64,000 bases of DNA, taken from assembly GCA_010405405.1 (NCBI GenBank), contig MU004241.1, positions 1,213,359-1,277,358 on the forward strand. Reading direction: 5' to 3'. Within the stretch, counting starts at the first letter, position 1, and each line of letters starts with the position of its first letter. The translations under genes were made by a program, and so were the position numbers. The stretch comes from Microthyrium microscopicum (taxonomy: Eukaryota). The notes under the pieces were generated by a model that made no database searches, was not told the DNA's origin, and saw only the letters and a list, made by a program, of their open reading frames with translations. Below, piece by piece: positions 25,101-39,065 of the stretch.

Positions 25101-27891
25101 ATAGTACCTTATTACGTTTTAGTTAAGAAAATTAATAAAGGCTAAGATTAACTATTAAATCTATAACTAAGAGTTTTTTACTATTATTAAGGCTATAGAA
25201 TATTAGTAATATTATCTTAAAGATAATTACTACTCTATTAAGATTCTAACTAATTATAATAACTTAGTAAAGTTTATAAAGTAAAAGAATTTAAATAAGT
25301 ATTAAGTATACTAAGTAATTATATTAGTAAAGTATAACTTCTATATTAAGTATTAAAGTAAGAAAATAAATTCTATAAATACGTTATTAAAATAACTTAA
25401 CTATACTACTATAGAGTAAACTATAAATAACTTATTACTTACTCTTTAGAAAAAGTTAGGACTCTTTTTAGAAAAGAAATAAAAATAGTTAGTCTTTATA
25501 AATAGTCTTAAGTTAATAAAGTAACTTATAAGTAAAATACTAATAATAAATAAGTATAATCTTATAAATAAGATATTTAATATTAAGTATTACTTAATAC
25601 TAATAGTATTAAGGATAGGTAAGATACCTTATAAGTAGATTAGTAGCTAAAAAGTTATAAGTAAAAAGAATAAAGACTCTCTTAGCTTTTAGAAAGTAGT
25701 TACTATACTAGATTATATCTATATTTTAAGAGCTATAGTAAAAGAAGTAATAAAAGACCTATATATTATAAATAAAGAAGCCTTAGATATACTAATTATC
25801 TTAGTCTAAGTTGCTTAGGATAGTAATAAAGAACTTAAGCATATCTAGGAAGTACTTAATATATAGTTAGAGTTTAAAAAAACTTAATAGCTAAAGAATA
25901 CTTAGTTAGTCTAAAGAGACTACTTTTACTATAAAAGCTAACTATATATACCTTATAAGCCTATTTTAAGAGATAAACTCTTAGTAATATATTATAATAA
26001 CTTACTAGTAAGATACTTAGGGGTTTAAGGCACTATAAAGCTATTTTATAAGTAGTTTTATTAGTTAAAGATAGAAAAGAATATATAGGCGTACATAAAG
26101 ACTTACTTAGTCTACTAAAGAATAAAAGTAAGATAATATTAACTCTATAGTAAGTTAAAATCTCTACCTTAACTAATTTAACTATAGTAAGAAATTATTA
26201 TAAACTTTATTATAAGTCTATTATTTTATAAATATAGACTTATAATGTTTAATACTATATTAGTAATTATAAATTAATATACTAAATAAATAAGGTATAT
26301 TAAAACTATAAAAAATATAACTACTAAAAAGCTAGTAAAACTTATAAAAAAAAGAGTCTTTTTAGAGAAGGATTTACTAGTAAGTATTATATTAGATAGA
26401 GGATTTATTTTTATAAGTAAATTTTAGATTAAACTATACTAGGTAAGAAAAGTAAAATATAAGCTATCTATAGCTTAGTATTTATAAACTAATAGCTAGA
26501 CTAAATAGTAAAACTTAGTACTAAGATATTATTTATAAGCCTTTATAACTAAAAACTAGATAAACTAGTTAAGCTTCTTATTTATAGTATAATAAGTAAT
26601 AAATATATTTTATAATAAGACGCTTAACTATATTCTAAATATAGCTAAAATAGGATATAAACTAATTTTCTTAATAGACTTTTTTATAAACTCTAAGGAT
26701 AAGCTTAAAGAAGAGGAAAGTAAGATAGTAATAGTAAAGTAAAGAGTAGTAAGAATAGAATAAGACTAAGAAAAGATAGTAGAATATTAAGGAAAAGTAA
26801 TAGAATACTAAGTTAAGTTCTATAATAAGAAGTATACTTTAATATTATTCTATATAAGAGATAAAGTCTTATTATTAATAGAGAATATTAAACTTAAATT
26901 ACTAAGTAAAAAGCTAGCCCTTTGCTATATAGGACTATTTAGTATTTAAGACGTAGTTAAAGAATAAGCTTACTAACTAAATCTCTTAATAAGTTATTAA
27001 ATCTATAATATTTTCTATATATCTAAACTTAAGCCTTATTATTAAAAAGAAAGTTAAGAAGAACTAGAGCTTTCTATAGCTATTAAGCTAAAAGATAAAG
27101 AAAAATAGGAAGTAAGAGCTATTTTAAATAAGAGGAAATAGAAAGGAAAAGTTAAATACTTTATTTATTAGTAAAGCTACTTTTTAATCTATAACTTTTA
27201 AAAATAAGAATAAGACTATAAAAACGTATAAGACTTAATTAAAGTTTTTAAAAAAGCTAGTAGACTTAAGTTTACTATTATAAAGAAAAGAAAAAGAGAA
27301 GAATAAAACTATAAAGAAAGGCGTTATAAGAAAGAGGAGATTTTTATATACTTTTTATTTATTATAGAAAAGTAACTAACTAGTAGGATAAAAAATAGAA
27401 AACTAAAAATAGAAATAGTAAAAATTATAGCTAAGTAAACTATTAGTAAGATATAAATAAAACCTAAATAAAATTAAGGAGTTTTATAAAAGACTAGTAG
27501 GCTAGTACTATAAAAAAAAGAATTCTTTTCTATAAAAATAGAAAGAGTAGACTATTAGTAAATATAATAAAAAATAAGAATTTTTCCTAAACGTTATAAT
27601 TATAAATAGTAAGTTAATAAAAAGGCTAGTCTTAAAAGATATTAAGACTAGTAACTTATATCTAAAGAAATAAAGAAATATAGTATTTATATAACTAAAA
27701 TATAACTTAATTACTAGACTTTAACTTTATATATTAGAATATTATAACTTTAAAAATAGGTAAGTAATAGTATTAGTTACTTTAGAACTACTAAGAAAAA
27801 AGTACGTAATAGATATAGCTAAAGTAATTAGTATACTATTAATAAATAAGTAAATAGGTAAAGGAATATTATAAGTTATAGATACTATAGG

Positions 27892-28053
27892 TGTTAGGGG
27901 TTAAACCCCCTAAAGCTATGCCTATTTAGGCTATCTCTATTATATATAAACACCTTAATTAAAGAGTTTCTTAACTCTTCTTTCTTTCTAAGTTATCTTC
28001 CTATTTAGTAGGCTTATAATATAACTTATCTTTTTATTATCTAACCTATAATA
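27892..28053 (+). repeat. 5' LTR of Ty3 element B
   Basis: Ungapped match to 35289-35450 with about 14 differences, all C/T or G/A. Confidence 0.92.
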
Positions 28054-31000
28054 TTAAGTAACTTTAAAACTAACTCCTTTTTTTACTTACTCTCTCTTTA
28101 TTTATTAATAAATAGCTAGAATAGTAGACTAAGATCCTTTTTACTTAACGATTACTAAATAGGATAAAGAAACGTCCTCTAAGGGCTTTACTTATAAGAA
28201 CGTAGAAGTATACTTTACGTATATTAACTAATAATAGATAAAGCTATAGAGATACTTAGACGTATCCTAAGAGGCAACTAATAATAGCTTATAATAAGTA
28301 ATAAATAGTATTTTACTACTTAGTAATATACTAAGTTTATCTATCTTATAGTTACGTATAACTATTACTAGTTATAAATAAGCTCTTAAGTAGTTAAATA
28401 CTTTAAATAGTAAAATTTATATATAATTAAATAAGAATACGTAATAGATTATAATAGTCTATACTAAACTCTAAGCCTAAGTTAATAGCTAGAATAAATA
28501 ACTTACTAATATCTATACTAGTAATAAAATCCTTACGTAATAAATAAATAATACTACTTATAATATATTATCTTAATAGTAATAATAGGAATAAGAATAA
28601 CTTTAAAAAGAATCTATAATACTTAGTATAACTCTTTCTTTAATACTAGCTATACCTTTTACTAAAGAGACTTCTAATTATAGCTACTACCCTTCTTTAA
28701 TTTTAAAAGCTAATTTTTCTTAAACTCTAATTATAATAGCTAGACTAGTAGGCCTTCCTCTACCTTTTCTAATAAATCCTCTAGCTATTTAGTATAAGCT
28801 ATTTTAACTATTATTATAAAACCTCTAATTAGCTCTTCTAAACTTAGAATAATATTTTTATAAGGATCTAATCCTCTACCCTAGCTTTTACTAAATAATT
28901 AAAGTAAAATTATATATTAATAGATAGATTTATATAAATAACTATACCTAAATCTATTATATATTTAGCTAGTTAATTAGAGACGTTACTTAATAAGTTC
29001 TTCCTTAGATCTAGAATCCTACTAGCTATAGTATTATAAGTTTTAGTAAGTTTATAAAATAGATAAATCTTCTCTTCTATAACCTATATAAAGAAATAAA
29101 AGCTTTAGTAAACTTCTAAGGAATTTAGTAAAAAGGTAGAAAATAAAGAATATTTTAAGCTAAGTTTTAGTAGTATTTTATCTATACTAGAGTATAATTC
29201 TAGGCTACCTTTATCTAGATATAGTTCTTAAAAAATACTATAAATTTAAGCCTTAGAATAGCTCTAATTACTTACTTTTAGCCTAATAACTTAAATACCT
29301 TTATTTAAGAAGCTTTAGAAACCTAAGATTAAATAGTTTAAGCCTATATAAGCTATTATAGCCTAAGAGGCTTAAGCGCTAAAATAAGTACTTAATAAAC
29401 TTAGCTATTTAGGAATTAGGACCTAGATATAATAAAAGGCGTTTAGGTTAGAGCTAGCTAAGCTTAGCATAACTACTATAAGTAAAATAACTTTTATTTT
29501 TACTATAGCTTAGCTAATTATAGAATTTAGGATTATAAATAGGTACTTTAAACGTTATCTAGAAGTTAGAATTCCTTCTATAGCTAGGCTAGCTATAAAT
29601 AAGAATAAGGTAAAGAAAGTACTACTAAAGGTAGATACCTATAAAATAATATTAGTAGATTCTAAGCTAGTACTACTAATACTCTAGATACTTCTTAAAG
29701 TAATTAACTAGTAAGAGCTACTATTACTTAGCTAAGAAATAATAATCTTTATAATAATCTATATAATATTACTAACATAGAATTAGAAAACTAGTAAGCT
29801 TAAATTAAAGACGTAATACTAAGCTAGAAAATTATAAAAATATTATTTTAAAATAGCGTTAAAAGTTTTTTACTTAAAATATAGTTATAAAGCCCTTTTT
29901 AATACCTTTAATAGTAAATTAACTTTCTTTATATATAGGCTTTATTAATAGTAGCTACTTAATCTATTCCTTTATAAGTCTTTATTTTATCTAAAGATAT
30001 AAACTTAAACGTATATTATTACCTTAAGTAATTCCTATTAAAGAGATAAATAGTAAGGCTAAAGAAATTTATAAAATAGTAATTATAAAGATTAATATTA
30101 AAGGCTATAAAGAAACTATTTAAGCCTTTATAGTAAAAGAGACCCTAAGCTATAATATAATTCTTAGCCTACCTTAAATAAAGAAATAAAATATTATTCT
30201 TTATATAAAATCTAAGAAGCTAGTCTTTAATAAAATAGGTTATATAATTATAAATCTAAAGACTCCTTAAAAGAAGTATAACTATATAGTAATTAGAGCT
30301 ATAGTATTTAAGATACTTACCTAATAAGCTAGAAAGTAGATAAAATAATCTTAAGAAGGCTTAATATTAATTATATAAGTCTTTATTATAAGTCTTTATA
30401 ACTTATAAAAAGCCTTTACTCTAAAGAAGTATATTAACTCTTATAAAAAGCTTCCTAAATAATATTTAGATTATCTTAACCTTTTTTAAAGAGAGCTAGC
30501 TAATAAGTAGCTACCTATTTAAAGTCTTTCTATAAACTATAAGATTAACCTAATTTTAGACGCTAATAGAAAAGAACCTTAGTTATTCTAGTAGGTATTA
30601 TATTTTATAAATTAGGATAAATTACTAGCTTTTAGAAGAATCCTTAATAATCTATTAGAAAGTAGGTTTATTTAAGTAAGTAACTTATTTACTAAAGTAC
30701 TAGTTCTTTTTATTTATAAAGTAAATAGATTAATTTAGTTTTATTATAACTACTAGGTATTAAATAAGTTAACTATAAAGGACTATTACTTCTTACTACT
30801 TATCTATAAGATACTAAATACCTTAAGAAAGGTATAATAATTTACTAAACTAAATATATCTTAAGTATTCTATAAAATTTAGATATATAAGGGTAATAAA
30901 TAAAAGATAGCCTTTTAAATATAATATAGCTTATTTAAATAGATAGTAATACTATTTAGGTTATTAAATACTCTAAGTACTTTTTAGAGGTTTATTAACT

Positions 31001-34000
31001 CTATTTTTTAAAATATCTTAGATAATTACGTTTCTATATACTTAGATAATATCTTAATTTTTAGCTTAAGTACTAAGAAGTAATATAAGGCCTACGTTTA
31101 TAAAGTCCTTAAATAGCTATAAAAAGTAGAACTCTACTTTAATATCTAAAAGTATAAATTTATAACTACTTAAATAATATATCTAAGCTATATTATTAAG
31201 GCTAAATAAGAAATCTTAATAAATCTAGCTAAAGTTAAAGTAATTTAAGAATAAGAGACTTTTAAGAACGTTTATAGAGTTTAAGCTTTTCTTAACTTTA
31301 CTAATTTCTATTATAGGTTTATACTAAACTTTTAAATAATTATAGAACCTCTTATTTAACTTACCTAAAAGGACGTTCTCTTCTTATTTAAAAACTTAAA
31401 AAGAGCTATATTTAAGAAGCTAAAATAGTTCTTTATTACTAACTAAATACTAGCCCTATTTAACTATAATAAAGAAACTCTTATTTATACTAACTCTTTT
31501 AGTTACTCTTTAAGAGCTATACTAGTATAAAAAGATAAGATAAGTAAGTTTTAACTAATAGCTTATTTCTCTAAAAAGTATAACTTTACTTAAAGTAACT
31601 ACTTAATTTATAATAAAGAAATATTTATAATTATACTTACTCTAAAAGAATAAAACTTAGAGCTATAAGTAATAAAGAAGTTTAAAATAATATCTAATTA
31701 TAAGAACCTAGAGTATTTTATAAAACTATAGAAGCTTATAGAAAGGCATATCTAATAGTCTATTAAACTTATAAAGTATAATATAATAATTAAGTACTAA
31801 CTAGACCTATAGAATAGCATAGTAAATAGTCTCTTTTATTATAAATAAAATATACTTTAAGACGTAGCTAATAAGAAGATTTAAGCTAGAACTTTCTAAC
31901 TACTTTATACCTAAAAAGATTAATTACTTAAATTACTATAAGCCTTATTTATCTATATTATTACTCTTTTTATAGTAGTTAAAGATAAATTAGTAAAGAC
32001 TCTACTAACTAATAAAGCTTTAATTCCTAGCTTACTACTACTAATACTAAACGTCTCTAAACTATTAGTAATCTAGTAGAATAAGGTAGTATAAGCTAAT
32101 AATACCTATTAAGTAGCTTATTAAATAATTAAGGTTAGTAAATAGAAGTTTTCTCTATTAATTATAGGTATTAAAATCTTTATCTTTAACTACTTAATTA
32201 ATAGTAAGAATTATCTTTACTAAAAAGGATAACTATAGATTCTAAACTTAGAACCTTTATAGATAGTAATATTATAAGTAGCTTATATATCCTTAACTTA
32301 AAGCTATTCTAGCTATAAAGAAACTTACTAAGCTCTATAGCTATACTTCTTCTAGCTTAGAATTATAGCTAATATAAGACGTTTTATAAAAAATTATAAT
32401 ATATATAGCTAATTAAAGGTTAGTTATAAGTAGAAAAGAGGCTTCCTAAAGCTTCTACTTATCTTAAGCTAATAATAATAAGAACTATTTATAAATTTTA
32501 TAATAAACCTCCTTTTATTAAATAAATATATAATCTTAATAGTTATTACTAATTAGCTAAGTAAAGGAGTAATTCTAATTCCTTTTATTTAAAAAGAAGC
32601 TAAAGACGTTATAGCTATTTTTTTATAACGCGTTTATTTCCTTTATAGTATTTCTAACGTAATTATTTATAATTATAACTTAGTATTTATAAGAGACTTT
32701 TAGATAAGGTTTTATATACTACTATAGATAGAGCTATAGCTATTAATTATATTTTACTTTTAAATAAATAGCTTTATAAAATAGTAGAACTTAGATATTA
32801 AAGCTAAAATATAAATATATATAAATTATATATAATTAAACTAGTTCTTACTAATACTAATACTTTAACTTATACTTAACTTATAACGCTTATTTATAAT
32901 AAAATTCTTATCCTTTTTTTTATCTTATAGCTTTAAAAACTCTACTTTCCTAGACTTTTCTAAGTAAGCTCTTTTATTTAAATAAAAGGATACTTTAAAA
33001 GAGAGAGAAAAAGAAGCTACTTATATAATTTTAAAAGCTACAAAATAGACTTAAGATATTATAATCCTTACCTAAGAAAAGATATAAGAATAAGCTAACT
33101 AAATAAGAATCTAAACGTCTAAGTATAAAGTTAGTAATTAGGTTTAGCTAAACCTAAAGAATACTAAGACTAAATAAGTAAAGAAGAAGTTTAATTACTA
33201 TTACTCTAAGTTTTAAGTTATAAAGATAGTAAGCTTATATATAATTATACTAAATATACTATAAAAAACTAAGAAATTCTATATTAACCTACTTAGACTA
33301 ATAATAAATAACCTATTCCTAAGTTAAAATGCTAATAATTCTTATCTACTACTAATCTTAGTTAAGAACTTAGATAAAGAAAAATAAAAGAAGTAGCTAG
33401 TAGAAAAGATTATAGCTAAAAAATATAAGAAAATAATAAAGAGTAAATTCTATATAGTTTACGTTATTAAATAAATAAGTTATTTAGATATAATAAAAGA
33501 ATTAATTAACTTTATTAAATAGTTAGAAGCCTATATAAAGTAGATAAAGAAGATAAAGTATATATAAGATAATTATAAAAGATTAGTACTAAACTAATTT
33601 ATTCTTTAAATATAACTAAGATTAAAAACTAGCTTTCCTATTATAATAATTAACTCTATAGAGATATAATTAAAAGTACTATTTATAATTTACGTATAGA
33701 AATACTTTTCTTTTATTTATATTAAAACTCTCTTTCCTACTAAATAAAATTAAAAAATTATAAAAATATAAGAAAACTAAAGAAATAAGATATACCTAAT
33801 AAACTTCTACTATTAAGAAAGAAAAATCTAAGTAGTGCCTTAAGGTATAGAAAAACTAAAGTAAATAGTTAATAGTAGAAGATTCTTATTTTCCTTAGTA
33901 ACTTCCTCTTTATTATTATAAGGATACTTCTTACCTAAGCTAATATTATTATTATAGATATAGTTTAAATATATATTATTATAAAATCCTAGAAGCTAAA

Positions 34001-35288
34001 TATAACTAATATACTATAGCTAATTCTTAGAATTAGAATAGCTAATATAGTAAGTATAATACTACTTTTTATAAGCTTTAGTCTCTTTAAGTTATAGGAT
34101 ACTTATATAATAAATACTTAAGGCCTTAAGATAACTAGCTTAGCTACTAGTTAATTAAATCGTAGTAAAGATACTCTAATAAATTATAATACTATAAATA
34201 TTAAGCTACGAACTATTAGTAAATCCTTTAGAGAAAGCGTTTAATAAGTTAAGATAATTATTAGAGGAATTAGAAGGATAGTTAGCTATAGTATAAATAG
34301 CTTTACTCTATAAATATATTAATATAAATTAAGAAAAATAAAAGAAATATATATAGTCTAGTTAATATAAAGTACCTTAAATAAAGCATAGTTTTATAGA
34401 TTATAATAGTTAATAACTATATATACCTTCTTATAAATAAGAGTAATTAATAGATAAGGACTTAGATTATAAATAATATTATTTTAGTAATAAAGTAAGA
34501 CTTAAATAAAAGTATAAAAGCCTTTATTTATATTATTCTAGTAAGCTTTATATATAGCTACCTTATATATAGTAAGTAAATAAGGTTAAGGAGCATTATA
34601 ATTAGTAACGTATATATAAAGAGAAGCAATAGTAATAAGAATATAACTATTAAAGCTAATAGTATTATTAAAAGCGTTAATAATTAGGGTAGCTATCTTT
34701 ATATAGTTAGTAAGGCTATAGCTATTATAATAAATAACTTACTTAATTAATTAATTAATTAATAGATTAATTAATTAGGTAAGAAAAAAGAAACTTAATA
34801 AGGACTAATTAGAAGAGAAGAAGCTTATTTAAAGTATAATAAAGAAAGAATAGTTAACTTTATAGAATAATATTACTTTATACTCTCTAAATATATAAGT
34901 AGAAGTATAGTAACTTAACTATAGTTACGTTCTTTTAATCTTATTCCTTAATATTATAATAGAGCTCTAACTAAGTATAAATAAGACGACCTACTAATTA
35001 AGTAACCTTTATAGAATTATAACTAAAAAGAATTAATATTATATGCTAAGAAAGGAGCCTTATACCTAGAATTTAGTCTAAAATAGGTAAAATATTAGTA
35101 TAGAACTAATAGTTAATAACCTAAGCTTTATATTTTATACCTAAAAGTAAACGTATAAATCTATACGTTATAAATAGAAGCTTTATTATAAACTATAAGA
35201 ATAGTAAGCGTTAGACATAGCTAGATAAGATTAGAATCTTATAATTAACTTAGTATTTTAGCTAGAATTTTTTAGATAAAGGAGATAA

Positions 35289-35450
35289 TATTAGGGGTTA
35301 AACCTCCTAAAGCTATACTTATTTAGGCTACCCCTATTATATATAAATACTTTGATTAAAGAGTTTCTTAACTCTTCTTTCTCTCTAAGTTACCTTCCTA
35401 TTTAGTAGGCTTATAATATAACTTATCTCTTCGTTATCTAACCTATAATA
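35289..35450 (+). repeat. 3' LTR of Ty3 element B
   Basis: Matches 27892-28053; purine tract AGATAAAGGAGATAA upstream, TSD ATAGG downstream. Confidence 0.92.
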
Positions 35451-37884
35451 ATAGGTATAAAAAAAGAATAAAGATAGCTAGGATTAGTATTAATAAAATT
35501 AATACTACTATCTAGATTATAATAAGTAGTTATTCTATTAGTAGTATAATGCTACTAGAATTAGTAAAGAGAGTAAGCTACCTTATTAAAATATTAAGCT
35601 TAAGCCTAAGTAGCTAGTAATAAGCTATAGAATAGTAATACTATCTTATTATTAGACTATTTAGTCTATATACTACTTGCCTCTTTATTCTTAATTTTCT
35701 TTATAATAAATAGATATACTATAGAACGTAAAGTACTAATATTTAGAATAAATTTAAAAGATACGTAGGTTCTAGATATAGTAATATCCTTCTTATTTTA
35801 GACTAAAAGAGATAAGAAGTAGATATAAGAATAATTACTTTATATAAGTAGACTACTAGTAGATAAAGATAATAAAGGGTTATTAGTAGTAAGACTTAGC
35901 TCCTAGTAAAGATTAAGTAGTTTAAAGCTTTCTAGGTAGATTCCTATAGGCTAGATAAGTGCTTAAATTTATAACTAAGTATAGAATATAGATAGAAAAT
36001 AATTCTAAGAATAATAGTTAATAAAAGTATAACTTATAGATAAAACGCAAAAGAACTTATACTAAGACGCTAGATATTATTAGCTTACTCTAGCATATTT
36101 TTAATATAACTAAGTATAGTATAAATATAGAATACTATATCTAAGGCTATAAGATAGCTATAGCCTTTTAAGTAACTCTCTATATAATGCTAAGCTATAA
36201 TAGAAGTATTATACGTTTATTAATAATATATTAACTCTTTATTATAGATATAGTATATATTATTATACTAATAAAACTTAATAAAGAAACCTAAAGACGT
36301 AATAACTATAATAAAACTTATAGAATTAAGAGATATAAAATAGACGTATAAGTAGATTAAGTTATTTATAACTTTATTAAAGACTATAGGTACTTAAATA
36401 GAAGTTAGTACGTAAGCTATATCTAAGTTATTAATAAGATACTTATAATATTATAATAATACTTCTAGTAGGTATAGTAATAGTATTTAGTAAAGTTATT
36501 CTTATAACTATATATAGTATTTTATAGAATATAGCTATTATTAAGATAATAATAGACTATATTATTAATAATATTTTATAAATATTAGAAATAATATAAG
36601 AAGAGAAATAAAGTAGATATAGCTTAAGAGTAAGATATAATCTAAGTAATATTCTATAAAGGTATAAGTTAGTAAAAGAATTAGGCAAGTTACTTATAAT
36701 ATACTTACTACAAAGGCTTATTACTAAGTAGTTTAAGTTATAGAACCTAGATCTATATTTCTTAGCTTATTAAGTAAGTTATCTAACTTAGACTCCTTAT
36801 TCTCTAGAGATAATATATAAGGCAGCATAGAAGTACTTTAGTAAATAGTTTACTTCTTAATTATAAGATAAGTAGTAAGTAACTATAAAGGTTCTAGTAA
36901 TAGAGTATCCTTACGATAATGTTTTTTATTAGCCTAAGAAGTATAGGCTAGCTATAGAGTAGGTTTAGTAGTTAAGTTAACTATTATAATACTAGTAGGT
37001 ACTTAAATAAGGTAAATAAAGCTATTTATATTACGTTAGGCTAAATAAGAAATAAATAGTAGATTAATATTAGTAATAATATAACCTAAGAATAATAAAA
37101 CGTAAAGAGTTAATAAGCCTCTTTAAGGCTCTAAGAGGGTTATCTAGTTAGTAAGTTAGACTAAGTTATAATTATATAACTTAAGCCTCTTAAGGACACG
37201 CTAAAGACTTTATAAAGTATAAAGAGTAGTAGAATACTAGCAAGTTATATATTTAGAAGGTTAGCTATTTCGCTACTAAGACTATTAGAATTCTTAAAAA
37301 GTATAATATATTTCTAAGAAATAATTACCTAAGTTAAGATTAATTAACTACTTACTTTTCTACGAATTACTATTATTAATAAAGTTGTTATTATTAAAGG
37401 AATTAATATTAATAGGGTCTTAATAAAACGAACTACTACTATACGAACTACTAGAATAATAATAAGAAAATATTATAGAAGAATAATTAAAATACTATTA
37501 GAACGTATATTAAAAAGCTAAAAGTATTAAAGATAAGTAAAAAGAATATAAATAGAGTATAGAAAGAGTATAAGTTAAATTAAGAACTCTAGAAAGACGT
37601 AATTTTTAAAACTTTTAAAATTTTAAGTAAGTAATATATTTATAGATTGCTTATAAGAAGAAAAGGTTATAGTATTAAAGAAATAGAGTATTATAGTTTT
37701 AAAATATTTTAGTATTATATATATATATAATACTATTATAATAAATAGAGTTATTATTACTTATATAGTAAGTATTATAGTAACTTTAGAAGTAGGAATA
37801 CTATAGATTAAAACTATATCTACTAAAAAAGAAAGGCATAATAACTAAGTTATTAAGGGCGACTTTCTTTAGAAAAAAAGGCTT

Positions 37885-38202
37885 TATTATAAACCTTTAT
37901 AGACTTACTATAAAGGTATAGATATTTTATTATCTTCTTATTTTCTTTACTCTTATAGTACGCTATAGGAAAGCTCTTTATTAATAAACTACTAGGTTAA
38001 TATAGATAGTACCTATCTTTTATTATAATAAGACAAAGCTAAATATAGCTAAGAATAAGAAGAAGAGGTAACCTTACTAAAAAGAAAATAGAAAGAAGTA
38101 TAAGTAAAGAAGTAGACTTAATCTTTAGAGAGATTAAGTATTAGTTTTATCTTAATACTAGTTCTTAGAATCTATTTCCCTTACTTTAAACTATTCTTTA
38201 TA
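37885..38202 (+). repeat. 3' LTR of Ty3 element A
   Basis: Matches 21876-22193; preceded by purine tract AGAAAAAAAGG and followed by TSD ATTAT. Confidence 0.88.
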
Positions 38203-38207
38203 ATTAT

Positions 38208-38630
38208 ATTTAAATAATTAGTTAAAGTTATAAAATTATAAAGTTATTATAATATACTAACTTAGAATATAAATATTTAGTAACTACTAAAAATATATAC
38301 TTTATAGTAATGCTACTTATTCTTTAAATAAGCTAATAATAAGTCTATACTAAGGGAACCTTTTACTATACTAAAGGGATTTTAATAAAATAGCTACTAA
38401 AAAGTAAGTATTAATTAAGTAATATTTTAGTAAGATAAAAGGTTTATTTAAGAGAGGTACCTCTAATTATTATTTTAGTCTATAAATAAAATTAATGCTA
38501 GTTAGAGTATATATAATAGTATTATTCTTACTTATTAACTATATAATCTATTTTTATAAAAATATTATTAGTATATAATTTAAAATTAATTTACTAATAA
38601 TATATTAATATTTATATCCTAATAATATTA
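38208..38630 (+). pseudogene. Harbinger transposase, 3' part (continues after the outer Ty3 insertion)
   Basis: De-RIP reading LYGDAAY (GDAAY 38306-38320)...SPY.GNL...QRDFNK....KRVSIEQYFG..KGLF (E codon 38417-38419). Confidence 0.8.
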
Positions 38631-38884
38631 TACTACCTATATATTATTTAGAAGAGTATAGTTTAAATAATATAAAATAGTTATAGTATTTATTAAAGAT
38701 ATTAAAGTTATAGAGTAAAATTAAATATTCTTACTAAAGGAAGAAAAGTTAATAGAGTAGAGTTAGCTAATTATTTAATCTTTCTATATACTTTTAAAGC
38801 TTTTAGTATTTATTATAAGATTTATATAAAAACTATATTCTAACGCTACTACTAAATTATATAAAGAATATTAAAATACTCTTA

Positions 38885-38988
38885 CTAACGTCTATTACCT
38901 ATAAGACTCTTTAATAACTCCTTTATCTTTATTATCTTTAAGTATAATCTATTTACCTCTTTCCTTAAGCCTATAACTTTACCTTCTT

Positions 38989-39065
<77 letters not shown>

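Larger units (their letters stand above)
27892..35450 (+). mobile_element. Ty3/Gypsy chromovirus LTR retrotransposon B (7559 bp, RIP-inactivated), nested in element A
   Basis: 162-bp LTR pair starting TGTTAGGGG, TSD ATAGG (27887-27891, 35451-35455). De-RIP motifs: gag CCHC knuckle ~29492-29548, protease IDSG ~29944, RT YLDD 31039-31050, RNase H, integrase GHPG ~32300, chromodomain ~33390-33550. Confidence 0.93.
21876..38202 (+). mobile_element. Ty3/Gypsy chromovirus LTR retrotransposon A (RIP-inactivated; ~8.8 kb without the nested element)
   Basis: 318-bp LTR pair, ATTAT TSD (21871-21875, 38203-38207), purine tract before the 3' LTR. De-RIP pol motifs: protease LDTG ~23530, RT LCVDYR..N...KNRYPLP ~24275, YLDD 24580-24591, RNase H, integrase ~25980-26700, chromodomain ~27100-27250. 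Confidence 0.92.

Noticed and set aside
34740..34780. TTAA tandem run as a piggyBac site or CRISPR-like array
   Set aside because: Simple repeat inside Ty3-B, probably RIP-derived; no TIRs or spacers, and the context is eukaryotic.
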